DNA from: Marinoscillum sp.
GTDB lineage: Bacteria > Bacteroidota > Bacteroidia > Cytophagales > MED-G16
Assembly: GCA_038134805.1 (NCBI GenBank)
Contig: JAYPVV010000001.1
Location: forward strand, 123,438 to 187,437
Reading direction: 5' to 3'
DNA: 64,000 nt
Below the pieces are notes generated by a model. It was not told the DNA's origin. It did no database searches and saw only the letters and a program-made list of their open reading frames with translations. Below are positions 29,668 to 39,980 of this stretch, piece by piece (position 1 is the first letter of the stretch; each line of letters begins with the position of its first letter). A program made the position numbers and the translations under genes.

Positions 29668-30672
29668 ATGAATAATACAATACTTGCTATTGAATCTTCC
29701 TGTGATGATACTTCTGCATCCGTAATATCTAATGGTAAAATATTATCTAATATTATTTCTTCTCAGGTTGATCATAAAAAATATGGTGGCGTTGTGCCAG
29801 AATTAGCATCTCGATCTCATCAAAAGAATATAATTTTTATCGTTGAAAGTGCTCTTAATGACGCTGGCATTTCAAAAAAAGATTTAGATGCTATTGCATT
29901 TACTTTGGGTCCTGGATTACTAGGATCTTTATTAGTTGGTTCATCATTTTCAAAGTCATTAGGATTTGCTTTAAATATTCCAATTATTGGTGTAAATCAT
30001 TTAAAAGCTCATGCATTTTCTCATACTATAAATAAAAGTAATATAAATTATCCGTTTCTAACTTTATTAGTGAGTGGAGGACACACACAAATAATTCTTG
30101 TTAAATCCTACGATAATATGATAGTTTTAGGAGAAACTAGAGATGATGCAGTTGGAGAAGCTTTTGATAAATGTGCTAAAATTTTAGGATTAGATTATCC
30201 TGGAGGTCCAATAATTGATCAACTATCTAAGAATGGAAATCCATCAAAGTTCATATTTCCTGATACTAAAATTGATGGATTTGATTTCTCATTTAGTGGA
30301 ATTAAAACATCATTTCTTTATTTTATTAATAATGAATTAAAAAAAAATAAATCTTTTATAAATGAAAATTTAAATGATATTTCGGCATCTATTCAATCTA
30401 AGTTAATTAATATGCTAATAGAAAAAATTTTATTAGCTATCAAAAAATTTAATATTAAAGAAGTCTCAATATGTGGGGGAGTTGCATCTAATTCTAAATT
30501 AAGAGAAGAAATGATAATAAAATCAAATTCTATCGGTTTTAATTTAAACATACCAGATATGGAATACTGTACTGATAATGCTGCCATGATAGCAAACTAT
30601 GCTTCCTATATGTATGAAGATAAAATATTTAGTGAATATGATATTGTACCATTTTCTAAAAGTAAAATTTGA
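29668..30672 (+). CDS. tsaD: tRNA N6-adenosine threonylcarbamoyltransferase
   Basis: MNNTILAIESSCDDTSAS, GGVVPELASRSH, SGGHTQ. The start is moved from 29593 to 29668 because the upstream 75 nt belong to rnpB and its promoter. Confidence 0.9.
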   Translation: MNNTILAIESSCDDTSASVISNGKILSNIISSQVDHKKYGGVVPELASRSHQKNIIFIVESALNDAGISKKDLDAIAFTLGPGLLGSLLVGSSFSKSLGFALNIPIIGVNHLKAHAFSHTINKSNINYPFLTLLVSGGHTQIILVKSYDNMIVLGETRDDAVGEAFDKCAKILGLDYPGGPIIDQLSKNGNPSKFIFPDTKIDGFDFSFSGIKTSFLYFINNELKKNKSFINENLNDISASIQSKLINMLIEKILLAIKKFNIKEVSICGGVASNSKLREEMIIKSNSIGFNLNIPDMEYCTDNAAMIANYASYMYEDKIFSEYDIVPFSKSKI

Positions 30673-31118
30673 TGACTGCTAATAACTTAACTATTAGAAA
30701 CAAAAAAGCAAGTTTCAATTATCAGTTCTCTGAAAAATATTCTGCTGGAATTGTATTAAAAGGGACAGAAATCAAATCAATTAAAAATGCATCTATAGAT
30801 TTTTCTAATTCTTATTGTACAATTCATAATGATGAAATATTTATTAAAGGTATGGTTATAAAGGAGTATTTGTATGGAAATATTAATAATCATGAGCCTG
30901 AGAGAGATAGAAAACTTTTACTTAATAAAAAAGAAATTAATCAGATAAAGAAGAAGATATCAGAAAAAAAACTTTCATTAATTCCAATCAAATTATTTAT
31001 AAATTCTAGAGGTTATATTAAAGTTGAATTAGGACTAGGCAAAGGAAAAAAATCTTTTGATAAGAGAGAGACAATTAAACAGAGAGATATTGAGAGAAAA
31101 TTAAGAGAAGAAGATTAA
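30672..31118 (+). CDS. smpB: SsrA-binding protein
   Basis: IRNKKASFNY..GTEIKS motif with a basic C-terminal tail. The ATG at 30672 overlaps the tsaD stop (TGATG); the track uses the TTG at 30669. Confidence 0.9.
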   Translation: MTANNLTIRNKKASFNYQFSEKYSAGIVLKGTEIKSIKNASIDFSNSYCTIHNDEIFIKGMVIKEYLYGNINNHEPERDRKLLLNKKEINQIKKKISEKKLSLIPIKLFINSRGYIKVELGLGKGKKSFDKRETIKQRDIERKLREED

Positions 31119-32521
31119 AGATATTTTATTAAAAAATTAACAATATTTTTTTTAAGATTATTATAAGGTGGAGCTAGTAGATCAGAAGGACTAAAACTTG
31201 AAAATTGTTCAAATATGCTCTTGGTATTAGAGAATTCTTTAAAACCATACTCACCATGACATCTACCAAAACCACTGTTTCCAACACCCCCAAATGGCAA
31301 ATTGTTGTTAGAGTAATGTAATGTGCTATGATTTATACAAACACCTCCAGAAGATGTATTTTCAAGAATTTTATTAATATTTTTCTTTGATTTACTATAT
31401 AAATATAAAGCTAACGGCTTTTCTTTTTTATTAATGAATGAAATTACTTCTTCAATCTCTTTATATTCAAATACAGGAAGAATTGGCCCAAAAATTTCTT
31501 CATCAAATATTTTAGATTTTTCACTAATATTTTCTAAGAGAGTTGGTTCAATATAATTTTCTTGAGAATTGATTTTACCTCCATATAGTATTTTAGATTT
31601 TTTATTAATTGCGTCCTCAAGCAAATTTTTAATTCTATTGAAATGACTTTTATTTACTATTCTACAATAAGAACTTGAATTAATAGCCATTTCAGAATAA
31701 AATTCTTTTATGTATTTAATTAGAAAATTTATAAATGTTACCTTAACTCGATGGTGAACTAATATATAGTCTGGGGCAATACAAACTTGTCCATTATTAA
31801 TAAATTTTGCCCATACTACTCTTTTTGCTGCTTTTTTTAAATTTATATTTCTATCAATTATAGTTGGTGACTTTCCACCTAGTTCAAGAGTTATAGAAGA
31901 AAGATTTTCAGCTGCAGATTTCATTACTTTTTTACCGATTGTTGGAGAACCAATAAACAAAATATGATCAAATTTAAGTTTAAGTAATTCTTCGGCTACA
32001 TCAACACCTCCTAATACAGTAGCAACTTCGTTTTCATTGAAGGTAGTATTAATTATTTTTTTGATTATAACGGATGTATTTGATGTTATTTCAGATGGTT
32101 TTAAAATTACTGAGTTTCCAGCAGCTATTGCACTAACTAATGAAACAAGTGATAAATTAATTGGAAAATTCCAAGGGGTTAGAATAAGTACTAATCCTTT
32201 TGGCTCATATTTTAAGTAAGATTTTGATCCAACTAAAGTTATTGGAGTTTTTACATATTTTTTTTTATTCCATTTTTGTAGATTATTTATATTGAAATTA
32301 ATCTCAGATATAACAGGAAATATTTCAGTAAGATCAGCTTCTATTGAATTTTTTTTAAAGTCTTTTAATAAAGCTTCCTTGATTTCATTTCTGTGAGATA
32401 ATAAAGTTTTTTTTAAGTTTTTTAAGTTATTGATTCTACTATTTATTGAAGATGAATTTACAATTTCTTTATTTTCAATTAATCTATTGTAGACTTGATA
32501 TAAATTTTTTTTTGTAATCAT
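31115..32521 (-). CDS. NAD(P)-dependent aldehyde dehydrogenase (class-3-like)
   Basis: ELGGKSP, catalytic Cys context GQVCIAPDY, FGGVGNSGFG. Confidence 0.85.
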   Translation of the reverse strand: MITKKNLYQVYNRLIENKEIVNSSSINSRINNLKNLKKTLLSHRNEIKEALLKDFKKNSIEADLTEIFPVISEINFNINNLQKWNKKKYVKTPITLVGSKSYLKYEPKGLVLILTPWNFPINLSLVSLVSAIAAGNSVILKPSEITSNTSVIIKKIINTTFNENEVATVLGGVDVAEELLKLKFDHILFIGSPTIGKKVMKSAAENLSSITLELGGKSPTIIDRNINLKKAAKRVVWAKFINNGQVCIAPDYILVHHRVKVTFINFLIKYIKEFYSEMAINSSSYCRIVNKSHFNRIKNLLEDAINKKSKILYGGKINSQENYIEPTLLENISEKSKIFDEEIFGPILPVFEYKEIEEVISFINKKEKPLALYLYSKSKKNINKILENTSSGGVCINHSTLHYSNNNLPFGGVGNSGFGRCHGEYGFKEFSNTKSIFEQFSSFSPSDLLAPPYNNLKKNIVNFLIKYL

Positions 32522-32886
32522 TACTTAATAATATTCATACCTAAATAACAAAATAATATTCCAATTGTAGAACTCAATATTAGATAAATAGCTTGAAGTA
32601 TAAATTTTCCTTCTGATAATAAATTTAAAGAGTCTAATGAATAAGCAGAAAAAGTAGTAAAACCACCACAAAATCCAATAATTAAAAAATGGTTTATGGT
32701 TATTGATATATTTCTATCTACGCTTAATGAGTATTTAAAGAAAAGTCCAGCAAGAAAGCAACCTAATATATTTATAAGGAAGATATTTATTGGAAATGCT
32801 GAGTTTATAAAATTTATTTTAGTGATTGAAAATCTAATCAAAGAACCTATCATCCCTCCAAGTCCAACAAATAATAAATCTTTCAT
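32521..32886 (-). CDS. crcB: fluoride ion channel CrcB/FluC
   Basis: GGMIGSLIRF and GFCGGFTTFSAYS motifs; 4 TM; 121 aa. Confidence 0.85.
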   Translation of the reverse strand: MKDLLFVGLGGMIGSLIRFSITKINFINSAFPINIFLINILGCFLAGLFFKYSLSVDRNISITINHFLIIGFCGGFTTFSAYSLDSLNLLSEGKFILQAIYLILSSTIGILFCYLGMNIIK

Positions 32887-33329
32887 TTTTCAGATTTTTC
32901 TATAAAATTGAGAGAAGCTGAATTTATACAATATCTAAGTCCTGTAGGGTTGGGACCATCATTAAATATATGGCCTAAGTGCCCTTGACAATTTGAGCAT
33001 ACCACTTCAATTCTTTTCATTCCTAAACTGTTATCATCAAAAAAATTTACATACTTTTTATCTTCAACATCAAAAAAACAAGGCCATCCAGTTCCAGAAT
33101 CAAATTTTTTATCTGATGAAAAGAGTTTTTGGCCACAACCTGCACATATATACTCTCCCTCTTTCTTATTATTCCAGTATTTGCCAGTGAATGCTCTTTC
33201 AGTTCCTTTCTCTCTTAAAATTCTGTATTGCTCTGAAGTTAATTTTTCTTTCCAATAATTTTCTTTCCTATCTTGTGAACTACAATTAGTAAAAAATAAA
33301 ATTAGAATGATTGAAAATAATACTTTCAC
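32883..33329 (-). CDS. msrB: peptide-methionine (R)-S-oxide reductase with a lipoprotein-type signal peptide
   Basis: CAGCGQKLF, GWPCF, RIEVVCSNCQGHLGHIFNDGP. N-terminal MKVLFSIILILFFTNC. Confidence 0.9.
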   Translation of the reverse strand: MKVLFSIILILFFTNCSSQDRKENYWKEKLTSEQYRILREKGTERAFTGKYWNNKKEGEYICAGCGQKLFSSDKKFDSGTGWPCFFDVEDKKYVNFFDDNSLGMKRIEVVCSNCQGHLGHIFNDGPNPTGLRYCINSASLNFIEKSEK

Positions 33330-34144
33330 CTTTTTAAGTATACGTCTAATTGAGGAAAAGGTATAGTTAAATTATTTTTTGGAAACTCATTATAGACTTT
33401 TTCATTATAATCAAATTTTACATTAAGGTAATCTTCAGTTTTGACCCATACTCTCACCATTATATTAACTGAGCTTTCACCTAATTCAGAAATAACAACT
33501 AAAGGTTCCATATCTTTAATAACCCTTTCATCATCCTTTATCCATTTTAAAATTAAAGATTTTGCTTTGTTAAAATCATTTCCATAAGCCATAGAAAATG
33601 TCCAAATTACTCTTCTTATATCTTCTGCAGTAAAGTTTGTAACCTTGGAAGTTTGTAAAACTCCATTTGGTATTATAACTCTTTTATTATCAACAGTTGT
33701 GAGAATAGAACTGAAGATTTGAATTTCTTTTACATTGCCTTGTGTTCCATCATATTCAATAAAATCACCTGCTTTAAATGGTTTAAAAAATAAAATCATA
33801 ATTCCAGCAGCAAAATTCTGTAAGGTATCTTTTAGAGCTAGACCAATCGCCAGACCAGCAGCCCCTAGAATTGCAAGAAAAGAAGTCATTTCTACTCCAA
33901 TCATTGAAAGAACCGAAATGATAAGAGCAACCTGAAGCGTCATTGAAACCAAAGACCTAAAAAAAGGTCTAACTGACTCATCAATTTTTCTATTTATTAA
34001 AAAATTATCTAATATTTTAATTAATTTTTTTATTAATCTTAAACCAAAAAATAAAAATATTAATCCTAGTATAATTTTAGGAGAATATTCTATTATTGAA
34101 CTAAATAAAAAATTATAATTTTCTGTATTTAAAAGATCGGTCAT
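33326..34144 (-). CDS. small-conductance mechanosensitive channel (MscS family)
   Basis: Three N-terminal TM segments, then FKPFKAGDFIEYDGTQGNVKEIQIFSSILTTVDNKRVIIPNG (MscS beta-domain signature). Confidence 0.85.
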   Translation of the reverse strand: MTDLLNTENYNFLFSSIIEYSPKIILGLIFLFFGLRLIKKLIKILDNFLINRKIDESVRPFFRSLVSMTLQVALIISVLSMIGVEMTSFLAILGAAGLAIGLALKDTLQNFAAGIMILFFKPFKAGDFIEYDGTQGNVKEIQIFSSILTTVDNKRVIIPNGVLQTSKVTNFTAEDIRRVIWTFSMAYGNDFNKAKSLILKWIKDDERVIKDMEPLVVISELGESSVNIMVRVWVKTEDYLNVKFDYNEKVYNEFPKNNLTIPFPQLDVYLKR

Positions 34145-34158
34145 ATTACAAATTTAAA

Positions 34159-34527
34159 TTAATCTTCTGGATAAGGTATGAAAACTATCTTAGATTTATT
34201 GTTTAAGATAGTAAGTAGACAGCAGTATTCATCAGAATTTTTATAACTCTCTTTAAAAACTCTTAAATTAGAAATTATTTTTTTCTCTTGTAGAATTTCA
34301 AGATAACTAGCAAAATATTTCCAATTATTATCACTTATTTCATTAATATCAATTAGAAGTGTTCCTAACTTCACTTCATTTCTGCTCATTATTATAATAG
34401 GGTATTTAGAAAATTTTTTTTCAATAATTTTATTACATGTTGTTTTTAATTGATCTGAAACTTTAACAAAATCCGAAGTGATAATGCCTATTTCTTCATT
34501 ACTTAATTCAATATCTATATTGCCCAT
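34159..34527 (-). CDS. hypothetical protein
   Basis: 122-aa ORF co-oriented with and 14 nt upstream of mscS; no recognisable motif. Confidence 0.45.
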   Translation of the reverse strand: MGNIDIELSNEEIGIITSDFVKVSDQLKTTCNKIIEKKFSKYPIIIMSRNEVKLGTLLIDINEISDNNWKYFASYLEILQEKKIISNLRVFKESYKNSDEYCCLLTILNNKSKIVFIPYPED

Positions 34528-34562
34528 ATACTTAAAATAAACTTACTATATTTATCATACTT

Positions 34563-37202
34563 ATGCCAAGAGTAATTCTACTTTTATTTCTTCTTTATTT
34601 TATAAAATTTAACCTTTTCTCTAACCATATTGTTGGTGGTGAGATAGAAATGATTCATGTCGGTGATGAAAACTCTTTCAGGTATGAGATAAGATTAGTT
34701 CAATACTTTGATTGTGCTCAGACAGAAAATCCTGGTCCTGATAATTTAATCACATACTCAATATTTAGAAATTCAGATGGAGCTTTTATGAGGGAAGAAA
34801 CTATGTTTATAACAAATCAAGAATTTGTTCCTTATACTAATCCAGATTGTGCATTAGGTTTTCTTTGTACCTTAAAAGTAGAATACTCACATCAAATTTT
34901 TTTGGATCCAGATGAGTATAATGATCCTAATGGCTATGTAATTGTTTGGGAAAGATGTTGTAGAAATTGGGAAACAAAGAATTTAATAAATCCAGGCTGG
35001 AATGGAATGACATATACTCTTTATTTTCCTCCAGTTGTTGACGCAAATGGTGAGCCATTCATTAATTCGTCTCCACGACTATTTCCTCCTCTTAGTGATT
35101 ATGCTTGTATAAATCAATTATTTTATATTGATTTTGCAGGAACTGATGATGACGGGGATTCGATAGTATATAGTTTAGCTGCACCCTTAGATGATAAACA
35201 ACCAAATGACGCCAATATTGTTGCATTACCTCCATCGACTCCACCACCACATCCATCAGTGGATTTTGCCCAAGGGTACGATGTTGAGAATATGGTTCCT
35301 GGAAAACCAGCACTCGCAATTTCTTCAAACGGATTTATAACTGTTACTCCTACAGATGTAGGATTATTTGTTTTCTCAGTCAAAGCTGAAGAATTTAGAG
35401 AAGGCTTTAAGATAGGAGAGGCTAGAAGAGATTTTCAGATGTTAGTCGTCGATGGTTGTAACCCACCAGATCCACCTGAAGCTTTAGTGAAAATTCCAGG
35501 TCAAATTGATTTTTACAGAGAAGACGACACAATAATCTATATTGCTTCTCAACCTAAATGCTTTGATTTATTTGTAACTGATGAAGTTGGCACAAATGTT
35601 ACATTAAAAGCTGAAGGAGTAAATTTCGGAAAAGATGGAACTGACTTATCAGATATTTTCTCTTTTAGTGAGGGCTCGATAAATGAATCTGGAGACACTT
35701 TAAAAGTTCAAGTTTGTGTTTCAGATTGTCCATATGTTCAGAATGAGCCATATATGATTGATCTCATAGCTGCTGATGATGCATGTCCTCTACCTCAAAG
35801 AGATACAGTAAGGGTTACTATAATTGTTGAGCCCCCAACTAATCAAGATCCTTATTTTATTAATGAAAATGATACAAACTATTTTTCAGTTAATTGGAAT
35901 TCTTTATTTTCAAAAGAAATTGTTGGAATAGATAATGATAATGATAGTTTGAGTATTGATTATTTTGTTGTTCCAAATAAACCTGGATATAATATAGAAG
36001 ATTATGGAATTTCAATAAATACTCTAGAAAGTGGTGCAGGATCAATTTCTTCTTTTTTAAATATTAACTCAAATTGTAGAGTTTATGATTATTCTAAAAG
36101 ATCTAATTTTTTATTAGGTTTAGTGTTAGATGATTTAGATACATGTAATCTATTTAATCAAGATACAATATATTATGACATAACGGTTGATTTACCTGAT
36201 AACTCTTCTCCAGTTTTATCTTCTGATAAAGAAATTACAGATTCTGTTAATTCTAGACCAAATTTTAAAATAATAGAGTTAGAGACGCAGCTGAAAGGAA
36301 CGTATACTTTGAACCTATTTTCAGATGATAATGATAATGACTCTTTATATATTTTAGCTGAAGGGGTTGGATTTAATATAGAAGATATTAATGGAGTTTT
36401 TAGTGCAGATAACTTTCAATTGGGTCATGTTGATGGGAAATTTACTCTTGATTTAGAATGTGTCAATTTTCCTTTTGATGGTGAGAATGAATTCAAAATA
36501 AATTTTATTACTGAAGATATAGATTATTGTCAAAATACTAATTCTGATACAATTCAACTCATACTTAAGCTTGATATTGGTGAAAATATTGATCCTTTCA
36601 TAAATAATGAAAATCAATACTCTGTTTTACCTAATCAACCTTTTGAAATTGATATTAGCGCAACAGATGAGGATGGTGATCTCATTATTTTAGATTTAAT
36701 TTCTGATGGTCTACCTGGAAATTTTGAATTTTCTCAAGCTTCAGGCAAGGGTGAAGTAAGCAGTAGATTATTTTGGGATCCTACTTGTGAATTTCTTGGT
36801 ACAGATTTTGGCCCAAAAGGTTATAATTTAACATTTAAGGTATCTGATGATAATTGTCCTTTTTTTGGTAACAGCACAAAAACTATAAAGTTTCTTCTTG
36901 AAAAACCTGAAATTGATTGGTCAAAATTTACTCCTCCTAACGCGTTTAGCCCTAATGGGGACGGTAAAAATGATTCATTTAAACTTACAAGTCTTCAAGA
37001 GCCAAATCAAAATTTACCAATTGATGCTTGTGATGATAATTTTGAGTTTATCACAATAGTTGATAGAACTGGTGTAGAGGTGTATAAAACTTATAATAAA
37101 TACTTTAATTGGGATGGTGATAATAAATCACCTGGTGTGTATTATTATTATATAAAGTATACTAAATCTGACTATAGAGGTTCTATAACAATTATTTATT
37201 AA
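34563..37202 (+). CDS. large secreted protein with a T9SS type-B (gliding-motility-associated, CHU_C-like) C-terminal sorting domain
   Basis: Signal peptide, N-terminal HIVGGEIEM module, repeated acidic DxDGD/DNDNDS cadherin-like segments, and C-terminal [15 protein letters not shown]...YYYYIKY motif. Confidence 0.8.
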   Translation: MPRVILLLFLLYFIKFNLFSNHIVGGEIEMIHVGDENSFRYEIRLVQYFDCAQTENPGPDNLITYSIFRNSDGAFMREETMFITNQEFVPYTNPDCALGFLCTLKVEYSHQIFLDPDEYNDPNGYVIVWERCCRNWETKNLINPGWNGMTYTLYFPPVVDANGEPFINSSPRLFPPLSDYACINQLFYIDFAGTDDDGDSIVYSLAAPLDDKQPNDANIVALPPSTPPPHPSVDFAQGYDVENMVPGKPALAISSNGFITVTPTDVGLFVFSVKAEEFREGFKIGEARRDFQMLVVDGCNPPDPPEALVKIPGQIDFYREDDTIIYIASQPKCFDLFVTDEVGTNVTLKAEGVNFGKDGTDLSDIFSFSEGSINESGDTLKVQVCVSDCPYVQNEPYMIDLIAADDACPLPQRDTVRVTIIVEPPTNQDPYFINENDTNYFSVNWNSLFSKEIVGIDNDNDSLSIDYFVVPNKPGYNIEDYGISINTLESGAGSISSFLNINSNCRVYDYSKRSNFLLGLVLDDLDTCNLFNQDTIYYDITVDLPDNSSPVLSSDKEITDSVNSRPNFKIIELETQLKGTYTLNLFSDDNDNDSLYILAEGVGFNIEDINGVFSADNFQLGHVDGKFTLDLECVNFPFDGENEFKINFITEDIDYCQNTNSDTIQLILKLDIGENIDPFINNENQYSVLPNQPFEIDISATDEDGDLIILDLISDGLPGNFEFSQASGKGEVSSRLFWDPTCEFLGTDFGPKGYNLTFKVSDDNCPFFGNSTKTIKFLLEKPEIDWSKFTPPNAFSPNGDGKNDSFKLTSLQEPNQNLPIDACDDNFEFITIVDRTGVEVYKTYNKYFNWDGDNKSPGVYYYYIKYTKSDYRGSITIIY

Positions 37203-38365
37203 ATTAGATTTAATGCCTGAGAAATATCTTTAATTATATCATTAGTATCTTCTAAACCTATATAAAATCTTATATAATTTTTTGGTAAAAGATCAGTATT
37301 AGAATAGTATTTACTTTTTAAATTATATCTGGCAAGTTCAGGAAATATAAGTGATTCATGTCCTCCCCATGAGGCAGCCATTCTAAAGATTTTTAAATTG
37401 TCACAAAATTTTTCAATTTTACTTTCATCCTCTGTATCTAGCACAATAGAAAATTGACCACATGGTTTTTTTAAATACTTATTTACTAAATCTTTTTGAT
37501 CAAAACTTTTAGAATGAGGGTAAATAACCTTCTTAATTTTTTTATGATTTTCAAGAAAATTTACAATTTCTGGAGTGGAAGTACTTATATAATCCATTCT
37601 CAAATTAAGGGTTCTAAGTCCATTAATAAATAACCATGAGTTAAATGGAGATAATACTCCACCTAATAGCTTAAATTCTGAATTATATATTTGATTGATA
37701 ATTTCATTAGAGCTACATATTATTCCTCCCATGGCATTTGCGTGACCTCCAATATATTTTGTAGCTGAATGAATAATAATATCAATACCCCATTTTGCTG
37801 GGTTACAGTTAATAGGTGAAGAGTAGCTATTATCTATTATTGTAACTAAATTATTTTGTTTTGCTATTTTAGCAATTTCTTCAAGGTCTTGCATATCAAA
37901 TGTCCATGAATTAGGACTTTCCAAATAAATTGCTTTTGAATTTTCTTTAATACTCTTTTTAAAATTATTTGAGTCTTTCCCATCAACAAAACTAATTTCT
38001 ATGCCCATTTTTGGAAATATCTCTTTCATTAATTTATCAGTACCAGTATATGGTTGATTTACACTTATAAGATGATCACCAGAATTTACCTGAGATAGTA
38101 TTGCAGAAGAAATTGCAGCCATCCCACTACTTACTGCTATAGCATTTTCTGTTTTCTCTAAAGCCGCAATTTTCTTTTCTAATATTCTAGTAGTAGGATT
38201 ATGACCTCTTGTATAAAAAGGTATATTGTTCTTACTAATCATAGCATTTCTCATATCTTCTACTTTAGAGAATAGAAAATTGGAATTTGAGAAAATAGGA
38301 GGGATTGCTGCGTTAAAATAATCTTCTCTGGATTCTCCGAGCTGATTAATTATATCTAAAGACAT
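37199..38365 (-). CDS. Cys/Met-metabolism PLP-dependent enzyme (cystathionine gamma-synthase/beta-lyase/Met gamma-lyase family)
   Basis: YTRGHNPT and PLP-lysine context [10 protein letters not shown]. Confidence 0.85.
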   Translation of the reverse strand: MSLDIINQLGESREDYFNAAIPPIFSNSNFLFSKVEDMRNAMISKNNIPFYTRGHNPTTRILEKKIAALEKTENAIAVSSGMAAISSAILSQVNSGDHLISVNQPYTGTDKLMKEIFPKMGIEISFVDGKDSNNFKKSIKENSKAIYLESPNSWTFDMQDLEEIAKIAKQNNLVTIIDNSYSSPINCNPAKWGIDIIIHSATKYIGGHANAMGGIICSSNEIINQIYNSEFKLLGGVLSPFNSWLFINGLRTLNLRMDYISTSTPEIVNFLENHKKIKKVIYPHSKSFDQKDLVNKYLKKPCGQFSIVLDTEDESKIEKFCDNLKIFRMAASWGGHESLIFPELARYNLKSKYYSNTDLLPKNYIRFYIGLEDTNDIIKDISQALNLI

Positions 38366-38424
38366 GAATTTAGTTAAGTTGTTTGTGCTAAATTATAGTA
38401 ATTTTAAGAAAATATATTTATAAA

Positions 38425-39237
38425 ATGGAAAATAAAGTTGTAGTAATTACAGGGGGATCTTCTGGAGCGGGTGAAGCTTTAGCATATAAATTTTCTTCAG
38501 AAGGATTCAATGTTGTTATTGGTGGCACAAACCTTCAAAGGTTAAAAAAAGTTCATTCAAATATCCAATCTTTTGGGTCTAAATGTGAGTACATTGTTCA
38601 TGATATATCTTCAGAGAAAGATGTTATAAAAATGGTTGATAAAACTATCAAATCTTTTGGGAGGCTTGATGTTTTAATTTGTAATGCAGGAATATCATAC
38701 AGATCGGTTTTTGAAAATGCTAATTTAGATGTGTTTGAGAAATTATTTAGAATAAATTTCTTTGGTTCAATTTATTCAGTCAAACATTCAATTCCTTACT
38801 TAACAAAAACTAAGGGATCAATTATTGCTATATCTTCATTAAATGGATTTATTGCTACTCCAACTAGATCTGCTTATGTTTCATCAAAACATGCAATGCA
38901 AGGTTTTTTTGATTCAATTAGATTAGAACTAATGAAAAAAAATATTCATGTTATGGTTGCTTCACCTGGATATTTTGAAAGTAACTTCAGAAAAAATACA
39001 CTTAAAAGTGATGGAAATAAAGAGGGGAGTACATCTCGAGACGAAAAGGGTATGATGTCCACTAAAGTTTTAGCAGATAAAATTTATTATGGATATAAAA
39101 TTAAGAAGAGAGATTTGATTTTTACATTTAGAGGTAAATTAGCTCACTTAATAAAAAATTTTTTTCCTAAGATATTAGACAGGTTGGCTTATAAGGAAAT
39201 ATTAAATGAAAGAGAGTCTCTTCTAAAAGATTACTGA
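38425..39237 (+). CDS. SDR-family oxidoreductase
   Basis: ITGGSSGAGEALA, CNAG, YVSSKHAMQGF. Confidence 0.85.
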   Translation: MENKVVVITGGSSGAGEALAYKFSSEGFNVVIGGTNLQRLKKVHSNIQSFGSKCEYIVHDISSEKDVIKMVDKTIKSFGRLDVLICNAGISYRSVFENANLDVFEKLFRINFFGSIYSVKHSIPYLTKTKGSIIAISSLNGFIATPTRSAYVSSKHAMQGFFDSIRLELMKKNIHVMVASPGYFESNFRKNTLKSDGNKEGSTSRDEKGMMSTKVLADKIYYGYKIKKRDLIFTFRGKLAHLIKNFFPKILDRLAYKEILNERESLLKDY

Positions 39238-39980
39238 TTAATTAAAAGTAAATTTTTTTTTCTAATAAATTTTTTACTTTCATTTAAAGATACTTCATAC
39301 CAATTATCCAGTTCATCGGATATTTTTAGTTTTTCACCCTTTTTTAAAATTGCAAATACATCTGAACCTGATGAGGGTTGATTCATAATAAATGTGTTGT
39401 CATTTAGTATTATACCCTCTCTCGAAAATTTGAAATTTGCTAAGAAAATTAGAAAAAAACACAATAAGAAAAATGACTTTATTGAAACCATTTTTTTATT
39501 CTTAAAATGAAAGTGAGCATTGATTAAAAATATTAGAATTATAATTGAAAATAATAGGTATAACATAGTATTTCTATATTGTAAATAATAATTTTTAAAT
39601 AAATCAAAATCACTTTCTTCATAATAATTAAGATCATTTTCATTAATGAGTTTATCTAATAACTTTTGAGCTTCAATGTTTTTATCTTTATTTTTTAAAA
39701 TAGTCAAATAATATATTGATTTTTCATAATTGCCATAATAGTCTTCTATAAATGAGAGTTTCAAAAGTAGAGAATTAGAGAAAGTATTATACTCATAGAA
39801 TAGACTATCATAATAATTTTTAGCTAACTGATATTTTCCTTGAATAAATAAAGAATCACCAATCTCTAAAAGTTTTCTTTCAGCACTAAGTGTATTCGAT
39901 ATGAGAATAAAACTTAATATAAAAATTAGCTTTTTATTGAAAATTAAAAACTTCAATTTCTCTAGTGCTTTTATAATCAT
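39231..39980 (-). CDS. TPR-like / SH3b-like membrane protein (BatE-like architecture)
   Basis: Signal/anchor segment, TPR-like helices (GKYQLAKNYYDSLF), two TM segments, and a C-terminal SH3b-like stretch (GEKLKISDELDNWYEVSL). The start overlaps the upstream gene by 47 nt and is uncertain. Confidence 0.4.
   Translation of the reverse strand: MIIKALEKLKFLIFNKKLIFILSFILISNTLSAERKLLEIGDSLFIQGKYQLAKNYYDSLFYEYNTFSNSLLLKLSFIEDYYGNYEKSIYYLTILKNKDKNIEAQKLLDKLINENDLNYYEESDFDLFKNYYLQYRNTMLYLLFSIIILIFLINAHFHFKNKKMVSIKSFFLLCFFLIFLANFKFSREGIILNDNTFIMNQPSSGSDVFAILKKGEKLKISDELDNWYEVSLNESKKFIRKKNLLLINQ

Noticed and set aside
32887-33329. Fluoride riboswitch upstream of crcB
   Set aside because: The crcB start overlaps the msrB stop, so there is no non-coding leader in which a riboswitch could fold.
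35092-35383. Two overlapping minus-strand ORFs inside the T9SS cargo gene. The same applies to 42242..42439, 44047..44247, 44907..45155, 45979..46227, 47312..47608, 48424..48789, 51764..51973, 53983..54180 and 62199..62486.
   Set aside because: They are shadow ORFs antisense to confidently called genes (BNR proteins, hslV, E2, MORN protein, nqrA, helicase), with no independent support.
38366-38424. SAM or other riboswitch upstream of the Cys/Met PLP enzyme
   Set aside because: Only 59 nt of almost pure A/T separate the divergent starts. That is too short and too GC-poor for any known riboswitch fold.
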